DNA of 61,175 nucleotides, filler included, from Circinaria calcarea (taxonomy: Eukaryota), in NCBI GenBank assembly GCA_051942165.1. It is 17 parts of 17 records of this genome, joined end to end, with 100 filler letters (N's around TTAATTAATTAA, not from the genome) between each part and the next. Parts side by side here need not be neighbours in the genome. Positions count along the whole stretch, not along the records: positions 46,883 to 50,381 come from JAVECS010002793.1; positions 50,482 to 53,979 come from JAVECS010002794.1; positions 54,080 to 57,577 come from JAVECS010002795.1; positions 57,678 to 61,175 come from JAVECS010002796.1; 13 more parts are not named here. One strand, written 5' to 3'. This document shows, one piece after another, positions 46,883 to 59,060 of the stretch (the stretch's first letter is position 1; each line of letters starts with the position of its first letter). The position numbers and the translations under genes are program-made. The notes under the pieces were generated by a model that ran no database searches, was not told the DNA's origin, and saw only the letters and a program-made list of their open reading frames with translations.

Positions 46883-48680
46883 TTCCGCTTCCTCCTCGGT
46901 TTTCTTCTCTTCCGGTTTCTTACCGTAGACGACGTGCCTAAAAGAGTTTCTCGTCAATCCAATTCTATATCTTGGCAGTAGGGGGGTGGAAGAGAAAGAC
47001 GGTAGATAAGAGTCAGACTCACATGAAATAAAGGGTATGCTGTTTCGGGGACTTCATTTCCTTTCGAATGTTCGCACAAAGGACCTCAACTTCCTCCTTG
47101 TTGTAGCCTAGCTGCCGGGTAAAGAGTGCATAGGTAAACGCTTCGAGACCTTCCATGAGTTGCAGATAGTTCCATGCACCAACCTCTTTCTGTTGGTATA
47201 CAGCTTGATCAGTACAACCCTTCGATGACGATTGCAAGAGCAGCAAGCAATCCGATTCATTGTGCAAAAGGAGCGAGGTATGAATGTTTCACGTCCAGAC
47301 AGGCCAAGAGCCTCAGAAGATAACGTACCAAGTGCTTATCAGCCGGCCAGGTACCAACAGGAAGAGGGAATTTCTGATGAACGACATCGACAAAGCCAGC
47401 GTCCTTAACCCATTCTTCCAGTAACGGACCGGGGCAGGGCTCCATGTTGGCTTCCTTAAGCGCTTTAAGGAATGTTAGATTTGTTTTTCTACAAGCACTA
47501 TCCTCGGCCAGGGAGCCGTCTGGCGAAGCCCAGTCGAGATCAAAGTCAATAAATTCCGTATATCCTCCAGGTTGATTATATCTACACAAGAGGAAAGGGT
47601 GTTAGTTAATGCAGTCAATGGGCTGATGTAAGCCATCGCGGTGGCTTAATCAAGAATTGCTGCAGAGGACATACTCGAAACACTGCTTGACCAGCCGAGG
47701 CCAGTCCCGAATTGCCGGAGCCAAGAAGCGGCAATGGATGTAGTCGAATTTTTGAGAATAGGTCCAGTCGGCTTCAACATCGTCGACCTCGAAGCGGACA
47801 TTAGGGGGAACCCTTCGTCCATATCAGCCCAGGCCAAGCGAATTAACGACAGACAATACTACCAGCGGGGTTGAATCGGACTCAGGTCATTGCCCAAGAT
47901 CTATGGTTAACGATCGTTTAGTATAGCAAACATGTGTGTCATCTAGTAGTTATATCAAGTAGTGGACTCACGTCGGCGGTCGGAAACTTGTCGCCTGAGA
48001 CCATTATTAGATCGGAACCCTTCTATGCATCAACAAAAGTCCAGGGTGATTCACCTATCTCCATCGCCCAGATTCCGGTCCCAGTACCCAGATCAAGTAC
48101 ACGAGCCGGCTCGCTAATTGGAGCCAGGTGTAGTTTTCTCCGCAAGCAGACCTAGAAGATCTTCAGAGTCTGGGGATCTTGCATGATCAGCGACATCGGA
48201 CTTACTTCGACTAGCTTGTGAACAATATCTAGGCGGTCGTTTTCTTTCTGGAAGGGGTGTCGATATAAGCAAGGTTCGAACGGGAGGCGTTTGCCAGTCA
48301 TATACCTCATCGTTTGGGTAAATGTAGCCTAGAAGTGACCTGAGTAACTGTCTCCTCCGGAGCCTGGGTTGGAGTGCAACCTACTGCCCTCCTTGTATGC
48401 GTGGTACCGCCTTCCGTGCTCAAACTTGTAGTCGAGCACGTTGGAAGCCAAGGAGGTCGTATAACTCGCGCTGAGTCGCATGGTCAGTGTGATACTTGAT
48501 CTGAATGTTGTGCTCGGCGCGAGACCAACGTACACTTCCGAATCGTAGGCCGAGTCGCTCGCTTGTCCATACTGCGCATCGCATCAATTGTTGCGTGGCC
48601 AAGCACTTTGAAGGCATTGACCGACATACATTATCGGCCGTCAGGTTCGCTTCAACCGCGATTGGTGGCGGTGATGCCAT
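46883..48680 (-). CDS. LaeA-like (Llm/TAM-type) SAM-dependent methyltransferase, many short exons; stop lies beyond contig end
   Basis: TTSLASNVLDYKFEHGRRYHAYKEG, YPNDE-KENDRLD, LHLAPI..PARVLDLGTGTGIWA, GNDLSPIQP, PPNVRFEVDDVE, DWPRL, PVGTWPAD. Confidence 0.9.
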
Positions 48681-49744
48681 GTTTTGCGACGGAGAAGGAC
48701 TGCTTCCTTTGTCCTTTGGATCAATGATCTCGGAAGAGGAGGTAAATCAATTCGTCCAGATTTTCTCCCCGAACGTTAGGCAAGTGCCCGAGTTTAAATA
48801 CCTACGCCTTAGTCGCCAGACGCTGTCTGCTCCCAATGGCGATTGTTGGTAGGGGAAAACGCTCCTCCATTCGGCTGGCCCGGCCACGAGCTGACGGCTG
48901 GTCTTGGCTGAATCGGGCAAATCGAATGGAATCGTTTCTTTGCATTAGGGCATTCGGGGGCACACGTGGTTGGCACAAAGACTTGGCTTGCATGCCTGAG
49001 GCTGATCGATCACAAGTGGAGAGGGAAGAGGGAAGAGGGACTTCTCCGAGTGAGGGCTCCGAGTGAGAAGGCAACCTTAGGCTACAGGGGGGTTCCTAGC
49101 AGCTTCCTAATCCGAGGCTATCGCCAAAGATCTACTCCCTACTGTACTCCATATTCCCCACCTTCGGCTCCTTCAGCCTTGTGCTTTCTTCTTTTTCACT
49201 CGCAATGGATGGCGATATGCTAGCGAGTACAGTATGTTCCCCTGCCAAGCTACCACCCCCGGCCATTTCAGGTACTTTAGTAGGAGACCACACTGATGAG
49301 AAATGATGCTTGACCTGATCAAAGTGTGCTCTACCCTGATCCTGATGATGCGCCCGCCTCCGTCGGGCGTCAAGTAGTACTTTCCTCAACCTTGTCCGTA
49401 TTGTCCCGGAACAAGATCGCTTGCGCCAACGTTAAGCTTCTGACTGAGCCCTTCTCGAGGAATGAGTGCCCCACACCCCCGGAGACTAAGCAAAGTTTGA
49501 TTGGTTCCCGACAATCGAGGTCGACGGGTCAAATGATAACAGAACAGACCTTCAGCCTGCCCTGATGAGTTGAGTTAATTTCTTCCTCCCAGTTCAACAT
49601 TTTCCATCGGGATCATTGCGACAGCTTCATCAGTGCCTGCCTGCCTCATCATCCACTGGATTCACTGGATTGTTAGTACGATCGATATCTTTCGGCGGCG
49701 TTGGCAAACATACATGTCTCTTGGAAGGTTCGCTCGGCGATGAA

Positions 49745-50381
49745 ATGTTCGCCAAGTGTGGGGGTCCCATATGGCGGGTAGATGACTTCTCGACCTGCTT
49801 TCAACGAGAGTATGTCCACCCGGCTTCTGGTATCTCTCTCGGGAGACTTGCTGATCGCCTCGACAAAGCTATCTTCAGGTCTTACTCCCCTTGATTGCCT
49901 GCGGCGCCTCTTTGTTGCTTCTCTCGATACAAATCATACGACGGATCGTCAAGCTCAAGCAACCTCGTCATTATGCGTCACTGTACAGCAACCCTAAACC
50001 GAGTATCAATGGAAGCGGACAGACTCTTGCAGTAGGGAGCGAGATAGGTGTGTCCGACGGTACCAACGAAGATGACGAAGACCTTGATCTAGTCTTGCAA
50101 AAATGTGCCATCCAGACAAATGAGGTTGCTGTGGAGGTGAGTCGGCCAAGAGGGGAACCGGTTGTGATCGTAGTGGAAATACTGGCGTTGCTGGGCGAGA
50201 TTGGCATCAGCTTGGCAGCACTGTTGACCCAGGCATGGGACAGGAATGGAGACATCGCAGCAATCACAAGTCTCTCCGTGTGGATCTATATCGCCACGCT
50301 CGCCTACTCTAGAGTGATGCTAGCCCATGTCAAACGCAGCCCGTTACCAAAGTTATGGAATCATACTGCTGTATTGTATTG
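49745..50381 (+). CDS. ABCC/MRP-type (Ybt1-like) ABC transporter, N-terminal fragment
   Basis: MFAKCGGPIWRVDDFSTCFQRD, intron 49810-49868, YLQVLLPL...RPRGE...LWNHTAVLY resembles the N-terminus of Pezizomycotina Ybt1-like transporters as recalled. No nucleotide-binding domain lies within the contig. Confidence 0.65.
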
Positions 50382-50701
50382 NNNNNNNNNNNNNNNNNNN
50401 NNNNNNNNNNNNNNNNNNNNNNNNNTTAATTAATTAANNNNNNNNNNNNNNNNNNNNNNNNNNNNNNNNNNNNNNNNNNNNAGGGATGGGTAGAACGAAA
50501 CGAAGTGGTAGAGTCGGAGCTTTTTCTTTTTTCTTCTTTTTTCTTCTTCCTTTTTTTTTTCAATTTTTTTTTTTCAATCTTTTTGTATTCGAAACTTCTT
50601 TTGCGCCGAGCTGGAATAATACAATACAACACAATGCGACTAAAATCCCAGATGGGCAATCAACATCTACATAGCGGGGAAGACTCCCATAACCAAGATT
50701 A

Positions 50702-52274
50702 TCATAGATCATCCATCTCAGCTTCACTTCCCAGCTCCTCTACTACCAAGTTCCCTTCGTCTTCCTCTTCGTCTCCTTCTGGCCCTTCTTCCCCGCCGCC
50801 GCCATCTTCCTCTTCACTACTCGTCCCACTGCCCTCGCTCTCCCCTTCACTCCCAGGATCAAAATTCTCATCGTCTTCCTCTTCGTCGTCCTCGTCGTAG
50901 CTATCCTCCTGCCCGTCTGCTTCTCTCCTCGCCTTCTCCAACGCACTCCCTTCTTCCCCGTTCTCGTCCTCTCCATCCTGTCCGCCTTTAACACCGTTGA
51001 TGTTCAACTTCTTCGCTCGTCGCTGCTCAGCCATACTGGCATCTTGTAACCGGTGGCGTTTCACGTAAGCGTCTATGCCGGTAAAATCGGCTTGGTCTAT
51101 CATGGAGAACTCAAAGTCTTGGGTATTGTCAGGCGTAGTTCGGGTAGTGATGTTGAGGTTGAAAGTACGTTGGAGGACGGAGGTGTAGGAGACGGAGTCG
51201 ATGTGGTCAAAGGAGAAGAAGTGGAGGGGTTTCTTGAAGCCCCAGAATATGCCAGTGGAGAGGAAGAAGAAGAAGCCTGTTTATTGGGCGCGAGATTAGC
51301 TCTTGTTCCAGGTATGATGTTGTACCAGCTGTAAGGCCTGGAATTGGTAGCATACCGTCTTTGCTTCCTTTGAATGCCTTTGTATGATATGCTTTCTCCC
51401 CTTTCCGATTTGCTTGAACGACTTCGCTGGTAAACTCGGAGGCGATAGGGACGATTACGTGGACATATCTGGCCTCTAAATATTCTATGATTCGGTCCCT
51501 TAGAGACTGTTTATCCGTATCCGCATCTTTAGTCTTCCCGTCAGGCACAGTCCATACTATCGGCTCGTGGACCTGAGCACCATCGGAGGGTTTCGTAATG
51601 CCATTGCTATCCTTGGGGAAGACACAGAAATTATATGCGGCGGTAGCTTTCTCGGGCAATGGAAGGCAGACAACGTGTTCTATAATCCTGTAATTAGTCA
51701 CTCTCACACTGCGAGATGTGGACACCGAGAGAACACTCACCAATGTCCTTCCAAGAGACCGAGAACTCAATTGCTTGCGTTTTGGGGTTCAATGCCCTAA
51801 TACCCTCGGACTTGAGAACTCCAATCTCGAGAGAAAGCTTCTTCCTTTGGGGAACTAAAAAGGAAATGTCCAGGATTTGAAAGGCAATCTTCCATTCTGA
51901 GCTTCTACTGCCCTCATCTTTCGCGTTCCTTGACAACAACCCCTCGTCGGATGGCCCATTTGGAGGAGATGCACCGTTTAATTTCCTCTTCTTTGACTTT
52001 GAACAGTCCTCATATACATCAAACTGTGCCGAGGTTGATGTAGTACTAGACTTAAGGCTTAATATGTATTTGGCGACATCCACCATTAACGATTTCAGAG
52101 AAAGTTGGGTTTCTGTTTTGAGAGCGTATTAGCAATAGCTTCCCTGGTCTTAGGGAGGATAGGGTTAAGTGACCTACCTATAGCTTGTAGGATTCGACCA
52201 TTGAGGTTTGCATCGGACTCGAAAGCTGCAGAAATAAGATCTGCCTCATTATTAGAAGCCTGTGGTTTCGGCAT
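50702..52274 (-). CDS. RTT106: Histone chaperone Rtt106; 4 exons
   Basis: [85 protein letters not shown], followed by an acidic tail. Confidence 0.92.
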
Positions 52275-53028
52275 AGTTGAGGAAACTGACTTGGACGAGG
52301 AAGGATAAGATGCACGCAGGCGTTTATGTGTTTACAACCTCTTTGTCTACCATAGTATTACCCGCATTCGGCGATCAAGCCACAAGCGAGACGCCACGTC
52401 GTGCAAGCCACCATATCACAAATGTGTCCCGGGAGCACCTTCACCTAAAATATACTCACGTCCTGTTGATACCGTTAGCCTTAAGGGTATATTCAATCCA
52501 GTGAGCTCTTGCTGGTCTGCAGAGTTTGAACCACGTTCTTGCTCTAGCAGGAGAACAAGAACCCGTTTCTCCCATATTGATATACAGGTTCAAGCATCTG
52601 TTAAATTGCGGAGCTTGTTGCGAACGCTCGCTTTGGAAGGGAACTATTGTCGCATAAGTCATAGTGGTTTCTTGCTTTCTTGCTTTCCTCCTTTTGCTGT
52701 CTCTGCTAGAAAGGAGGCCTCATGAACTATCATCGAATCCTAACCTCACCGGCACGTGGGAAGACATCGTTGTTTGGCTAGTCTGATGCATGGACAGAAT
52801 CTTTATCTAGCTTATCATACCATCTCTTTTCCCTGTCACAACCCAGATCTAAGAATGCACATCCTGGCTTCAGATACCCATCACGCAGCGATGACAAGTC
52901 CCACATGTTCTGCCACTTTAAGAAGTGAACAGCCAAAATACAGAACGTGATGTAGACCTCTTTGAACTGCACCTAACCCAACGCCTCTCCCTTACCCCTA
53001 CCTCCCATCTCCTTCTCCCCTTCCCATA

Positions 53029-53443
53029 TCACACACCCTTCTCCACCCCATCCGCCTCTCCCCTGGTCACTTTCTTACCCGTCTTCTTAATCTTCTCCAG
53101 CACGCTCTCATATTCGACCCCCTCGGTGGCGATGATATCGGCCGATTGCGTCTCCAGCGAGACGGTGTAGGATTGGATTCCTGCGTGCGTACTTGAGCGT
53201 TAGCGAGAACTTTGCGCTCAGAGGGAGGAAGAGGAGCAGGGTGCGGGGTTAGTGTAAGTGCAAGTAGGTGAATAAAAGGACTTGGATGGCAAAGGTAATA
53301 AAGGAGTTGAAGAGAGGGGAGAAAGACATACCATCCATCTTCTTCAGTACGCGCTCGATGGCGCCGCTGCAGCCGGAGCAGTTCATGTTGATGGCGAATT
53401 TGTAGGTGTGGGTCGTCGGGGACGAGGTGGTCGTTTCGGCCAT
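53029..53443 (-). CDS. ATX1: Copper chaperone Atx1 (HMA domain); 2 exons
   Basis: HTYKFAINMNCSGCSGAIERVLKK (MxCxxC), intron 53331-53181, ...VLEKIKKTGKKV (KTGK motif). Confidence 0.95.
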
Positions 53444-54079
53444 TTTGCGGCGAAGGTGGGCGTTGGATAAGTGGTGGTAAGTTGGAGGATGAGGGGATTT
53501 CTACCGGCGTTTATGTACACGAAGGTGAGGTCGAGAAGTACGTTGTAGAAAAGAACCAAAAAAGGGCTTCTTCACGTCAGGCGGCAGTCGAGGTGAATCA
53601 TTGAATACGGGTTTAATGCGCTCCAAGCATCATGCATTTTTCCGATTTCTCAGCAGAAACAAATCAAAGTGAACTAGGCATATTCAATATCCTTTGCAGG
53701 GATAAAGAGCGATGATGATGGCGTGAGAGTTGCGCCGGCATTGGGTTGCGCTAGGCTAGCGTAGTGATCAAATGTCTTGCATCAGGGGGAGAATCGGTCA
53801 CCGCTCAGTATTCCTAATCCCTCTTCTTAAATCATTACCAGCATTTCGCTCCCTCTCTTGCTCCCCTTGCGTGGCTTATATCGCATAGGTAGCGGAACGA
53901 AACAGCAAATAAAATCTACCTACCTTTACCGCTCCCATACGCATACCTCCACACCCCTATCAAACCCCTTCCCCTTCTCNNNNNNNNNNNNNNNNNNNNN
54001 NNNNNNNNNNNNNNNNNNNNNNNTTAATTAATTAANNNNNNNNNNNNNNNNNNNNNNNNNNNNNNNNNNNNNNNNNNNN

Positions 54080-55157
54080 GCAGTTGATTTGGCCACCCAG
54101 GAAGAAAGCTACCTTGCCCTCGGCGTTGAATAAGGGAGCCACGTAAAGGAGATTCCAGAAAGGCTCTCCGTTCTTCCTGTAATTGAGCAGAAGTTCTACC
54201 GACTCTTGATTTGCGTTGATAGCTTCTTTCAAACGCCGTGAAGCAGATTGATCCGTGTACCTGCCTTGGAGGAAGCGACAGTTCCGCGGGATAATGTCGG
54301 GTCGGGAGTATCCCGTCACTTTGATGAATCCGTCCGATGCAAATACAATCGGATTATCAGCTTTACTGAAAGGGTCAGATCACATGTCAGCTTCTAGTAC
54401 TTGAATCGAGCTGGCTGACCATTGCGAGAATACTTACGTGGGATCGGTCAGACAAAAGCAGTCGCCGAGACCTCCGTATTTTGCACGTGCCGTTGACAGC
54501 GCTTTTTCAGCACTGACAGTCATCTGATGTTTCACAAAGCGTGGGTATATGTCAGTTGCCAGCATGTTCTCGATGCACAATTGAGCGTCGGAAAAAATCA
54601 ATTCCATTGACGGAAGGGTGGTTAAGGTGGTTTGCTTGATGTCCATGTTTATCCTCTTGATCAAGGCTTGAGATATGTTCAGCTGCCTGGGCGCTTCGAC
54701 CGACGTAAAAGAATGATGAATGTCTGACATGACCTTTGTCAACTCATCGAGCAAGGTATTGTAGCGGTCTACCTGTTCCGCAGAGTCAGCGACAAGCCTC
54801 CGCCTACCTCCTGGAACGTACCTTTTCTAGGAACTCCATGTTCTCCCCGCAGAAACGCGATTGACTATAGCGGAGAAGCTGGTGGGACGTGGCCGGATTG
54901 TGCAGGACGATTTGGAAAATCTCCGGACTGAAGATATCAGCAACGCCGGTTGAGGGCGGATCGCTCCTGTCGCTTTGCTTCTGGGTTGATGCCACGGAGG
55001 TATCATCGTGGCTGATGGAATGATTTCTCTCCATGGCTACATGCTGCCACTTTTGGGGCTGGTGGTTGGATTCGCCCGTCGCGCCGGGCGGTCGTAAACC
55101 CGTTGGGCTGACGAGAGTGTTATTCTCATGATCGGCAAGCTGGTTTGGCCCGAGCAT
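54080..55157 (-). CDS. RGS-LOV blue-light photoreceptor (BcLOV4-type), 3' truncated
   Basis: RGS-like region (IFQIVLHNP...FCGENMEFLEKV...QLNIS...DIYPRFV) followed by a complete LOV core: FCLTDP..ADNPIVFASDGF.KVTGY...IIPRNCRFLQG...LLNYRKNGEPFWNLL..APL...FFLGGQ. Introns at about 54820-54772 and 54437-54367. Confidence 0.93.
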
Positions 55158-56569
55158 CTCTCAATCTCTCATCAAAGGCACAGGCACACTGACAGTTTGA
55201 CGCAAGAGAGACTTCGCAGTGCGTACCGAATTCAAAGAATGGGCGAACACATCTTGACGCCATCAGGTAATCATGCAGCACGAAAGAATACCCGAGTAGT
55301 ACAAGTAACTGCTCGACCACCACCATCGTAGCTACACCGCTAACCCCTGCTACATGGTATCGTCTCAATGGATTCGATGGCGCGGGAAATGTTTCCGGGG
55401 TGGAAAGCCCTCATCAGCGCTCGGCGCTCTAGTCCCGCGCAATACAGCTGAGCTTCCCTGCAAAAGTCAAATTGGCTTGGACCAATTGTCGGCTCCACTA
55501 GCCCAAAATCAAATGATACCAGACTGCCAATCGGTACGTCGACAGCCACGTAAAAACATTCGAATTAATAAAAGCAAAGCGGGCATCTGCAGCCAATATT
55601 GTCTCGCCACGAAAGACGCAGGCTCACGGTCCGCCAATCTCCTGAATTTACAGTCATTACTGTGTGATTGAAGAGAGCAGCCTGCAGACTCGGGCAAGAT
55701 GCGATGCATCCCTCGGCAATCTCGCAGGAGGAAGGAAGCCACGTGCTACTGTGCCTTCGTACGGTAGTATTTCGGACTGCATATACAGTACATGTACTCG
55801 TTGGGTACCACCTTATCTTTCTCAAACATGCCGAACCTTCCATGATGCACCTCATCTCATCTTTCCATTATGCAGAAGGGAACAAGGGATAGCAGCGGCC
55901 CGAATCTGCAGGCTGCGTCGTCAAATAAGCGATAGGCCAGCCGGTAGGGGCGATGAAGTAGAGGGTGTCCTCGGGACAGCATCGATCGTCAGCCATTTTC
56001 AAAATGAATGCCGTTCGGAGGGACTTCCGACTGGTATCGGCCTTGTCGTGGCCGACAGTCGAAGGATTCGAAACGTTGCCGTTCATAGGGTGGACCAGAC
56101 AATTCGATTCGGGCGTAGCTCAGGGTATCGAATTGGGGAAGAAAGGATTTGGGGGGGGGAATGGATTGCCGCCGTGAGGCTGGAATCCTGCGAGATTACG
56201 CTAAGGCTAGTGCTCATCTGCAGGCCCCTCCCCGGTTTGAGGATTTATAATATTGACGGTGGTACGCTGCAACTGCCAGCCACCAGGCGACTAAGGCTGG
56301 TCGGTTCCAGTGGACAAGGGTTCCGTGTCGGGTCTATCGTCACTAGAGGTCACTAGGGACCGAGACGGCGTGGTCGACGAAATTGTGACATGCATACAGA
56401 TTTCTTCCCCAAATCGAAATATAGCAGGCATCCTGTTTGGTAGAGGTGGAGATAGGTAGCTAAAATTGATTTCTGAAGCCTTTGCTGGTCCTTATCAACC
56501 CTTTGACCGTCATGAGTATATCGCTGGAGACGAAAAACATTACTTGAAATTTCCAATCAGAATAGTAGA

Positions 56570-57577
56570 ATGATGCAACCGCACAAGGCCGACAGTCTGG
56601 TCAATGGTCCGCAGCCGGGGGGGCCTCGAGTCCAATTAACCCCGCGCGGGCGTATCGTTCAAGATGATCGTATTCCGGAGGTCCCACATCTTCCAGACGG
56701 CTATCAGAATGCTCCGAACAGACAAGTGTCGGGAGGCTTACAGTCGCATCCAGTAAGGCTCGACAAAGACCAGAGGCTAGGAAAGGGAGACCACGCCCCG
56801 ACACTGACTCGGTTCCTTTCTCGTACCAAGTTGGTCTCCTACGTTCTGTATCAAAGGGGATGTACTGACAGGAGACACGATAGCAGCAACAAGGGCCAAA
56901 TAAAGGCCATCATCCGCGTTGACGATTTCTCTGAGCCGATGAGCTCAGGGAATGAGTCCGCTTCGTCCTCAAGCGAGTCTAAAAGCACACGTGCTAAACC
57001 GTCACTACCACCTGCGTATGCATCTCCGCAATCGAAGGCCACGATCAAAAGAGAAAGTGTCGATCAAATGCTGGAAAGCTATGACCTTGACGCCCCGGTC
57101 GAAGACGGGCACAAACTCGAGTCGCTCGAAGTTATTTCCGAGCTGCTATTCTCTGCCGAGCACCTGAGGACCATTTTCGCAGATCCATCCTCCTTGCTCA
57201 AGTTTACACTGTTCCTGGGTACATACAGACCCCGTTCGGTACCGACCCTGATCTACTATCTGGACGCCACAAAGGCATTGAAAGCTATTAGCTATGCAAA
57301 TGCTATTGCGTCTGGGCTCGAACCGGTATCTGGACAAGGCCTAACACCCATTGCGACGAGGACAGTCAACTCCGATCTCGAAGAAAAGGCCGAACGTGCA
57401 TTCAACCTGCTTGTACAGAATGACTTACCGGCATATACCACCCATATCTACATTCAAGTCATCACAGCAAGTCGGTCGAGGCCGGCGACGGAGACAAACG
57501 GTCCACATGCGCAGGAATCATCAGACGGATTTGCCGAAGTATTCTGTCTCACAGATCCATCGCGACAAGATAACCCG
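56570..57577 (+). CDS. Second LOV-domain photoreceptor with divergent RGS-like N-terminal region, 3' truncated at the start of LOV
   Basis: LFSAEHLRTIFADP...KFTLFL...LIYYLDATKALKAISYANAI...AFNLLVQNDLPAY...GFAEVFCLTDPSRQDNP. The last 12 residues are the first strand of a LOV domain. The 5' exon structure is uncertain and the photoactive Cys is beyond the contig end. Confidence 0.8.
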
Positions 57578-57677
57578 NNNNNNNNNNNNNNNNNNNNNNN
57601 NNNNNNNNNNNNNNNNNNNNNTTAATTAATTAANNNNNNNNNNNNNNNNNNNNNNNNNNNNNNNNNNNNNNNNNNNN

Positions 57678-58452
57678 TGTAATGTCTGAGCAGCATGTAA
57701 GCGGGTTGGCATTCAGAAGTATATTTGACGTTGGCCACCTCAGCCGGTCCAGCCGCTATGCCGTTGAGCACGCACGCGCCCATGAAACTACCATATGTCT
57801 GAGCCTTGGCTCTCCAGACCATGCTGCCCAAACAAAGTAAAGTAGACGCCAGGAGGACTGGCCGGCGGCCGAAGGTTGTGCTTATAGGTACCCTTACTTG
57901 GCTTTAGTAACGCATACTTCACAGGACGACCCGAGCCAAAATAATACCACAAGAAGTTGCTAAAACCCAGAACCAGAATGGCAATACCGGTAAACTGAAT
58001 TACGTCCGTCAAGTTGGACTCGAAGGCGTCAATGAGCTGAGGGAACATAGGGGCCAGGGCCAATGGTCCGAAACTTTGGGTAAAGGTGAATACCGTCGCA
58101 CAAACCAGTGTCGAGAACTTCCAGAATCTATTCCAGTTCTAATACATGCAGATGGTTAGCTTCTCGACTGTCGTGTCCGATTGGGATGAAGCACGACTTG
58201 CCAGGGGATCATGAGGGTCATCCGAAGGCTGCGGGACGAGTACTCGGTCTGAGGTCGAGGACGACTTGATGAAATGGTGCGTGCCAACATCGGTCATGAC
58301 CTCGGTCCCAGGAACAATCTTGACATTGAGCTCCTGCTCGAGCTGATGGAGCGTCTACACTCAAAGCAGTGTGCGTTAGCTACCAGAACCGTACGCGGAA
58401 GGATCCGAAAGGTGACAGGACGTCTTACCAATTGATCGTTGTTCAGCTCCAT
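57678..58452 (-). CDS. MFS transporter (DHA1/Hol1-like), 5' part (3' truncated)
   Basis: IVPGTEVMTD, LVPQPSDDPHDPL-intron-NW, LVLGFSNFLW-intron-VPISTTFGRRPV (MFS motif A), GACVLNGIAAGPAE. Confidence 0.85.
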
Positions 58453-59060
58453 GTTGGACGATTGCTGCTACGTAGCCCTGCTTCGTACCTTGGATGTCAG
58501 ACTGCAGATGCGAGTATCTTGGACTGAATAATCAGTATGCAGATGCAGCATCAGAAATCAGAAATCAGGAACCACGCAGGACTCCATAGGTACCGTTGGA
58601 TGAACAAGCCGATTAGAATCTGATGAGGGGCGAGGGTAGGCCTCCGGTCTATTCCTCCGATGCGTGGGAAATGCACCTTTGCAGAGTTCAGACCTGAACG
58701 CTAATCCCTTAGGGTCGAAAACAGCAGAAGGAGGGTCCGGTCCACGGCTGCCGTTGCATCACCAACATCACGCCGACGATAGTGACTGCAAAGGAGAGCT
58801 TGGTGAATCCAAGTGCCAGTGGCACCTATTTGCCTGCCCCGTTCTAAACTGGCTACTTTAGCTATCAAGTGGGCCAGTACACCATTGTTCCAACAAACAG
58901 CCGCCACAACATACCATTCGAGCAATTATAGTCATCCAACTGTCATAGGAAAGACAAACATATCAAGGGGAAAAGTCGAAAGAACATACACCACGCTCGA
59001 TATCCCATGGATTTGCACGACTTCCCACACTCCCAGCAAAAGAAATAGCCTAATTTCATT

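Noticed and set aside
32485..50381. Apparent secondary-metabolite cluster (MFS, P450, C6 TF, methyltransferase, ABC transporter)
   Set aside because: These genes lie on different concatenated contigs. Only the MFS/P450 and methyltransferase/ABC adjacencies are real.
55664..56356. 230-aa ORF between the two LOV genes
   Set aside because: Non-ATG start and Arg/Gly-rich, non-protein-like composition. Treated as intergenic/promoter DNA.
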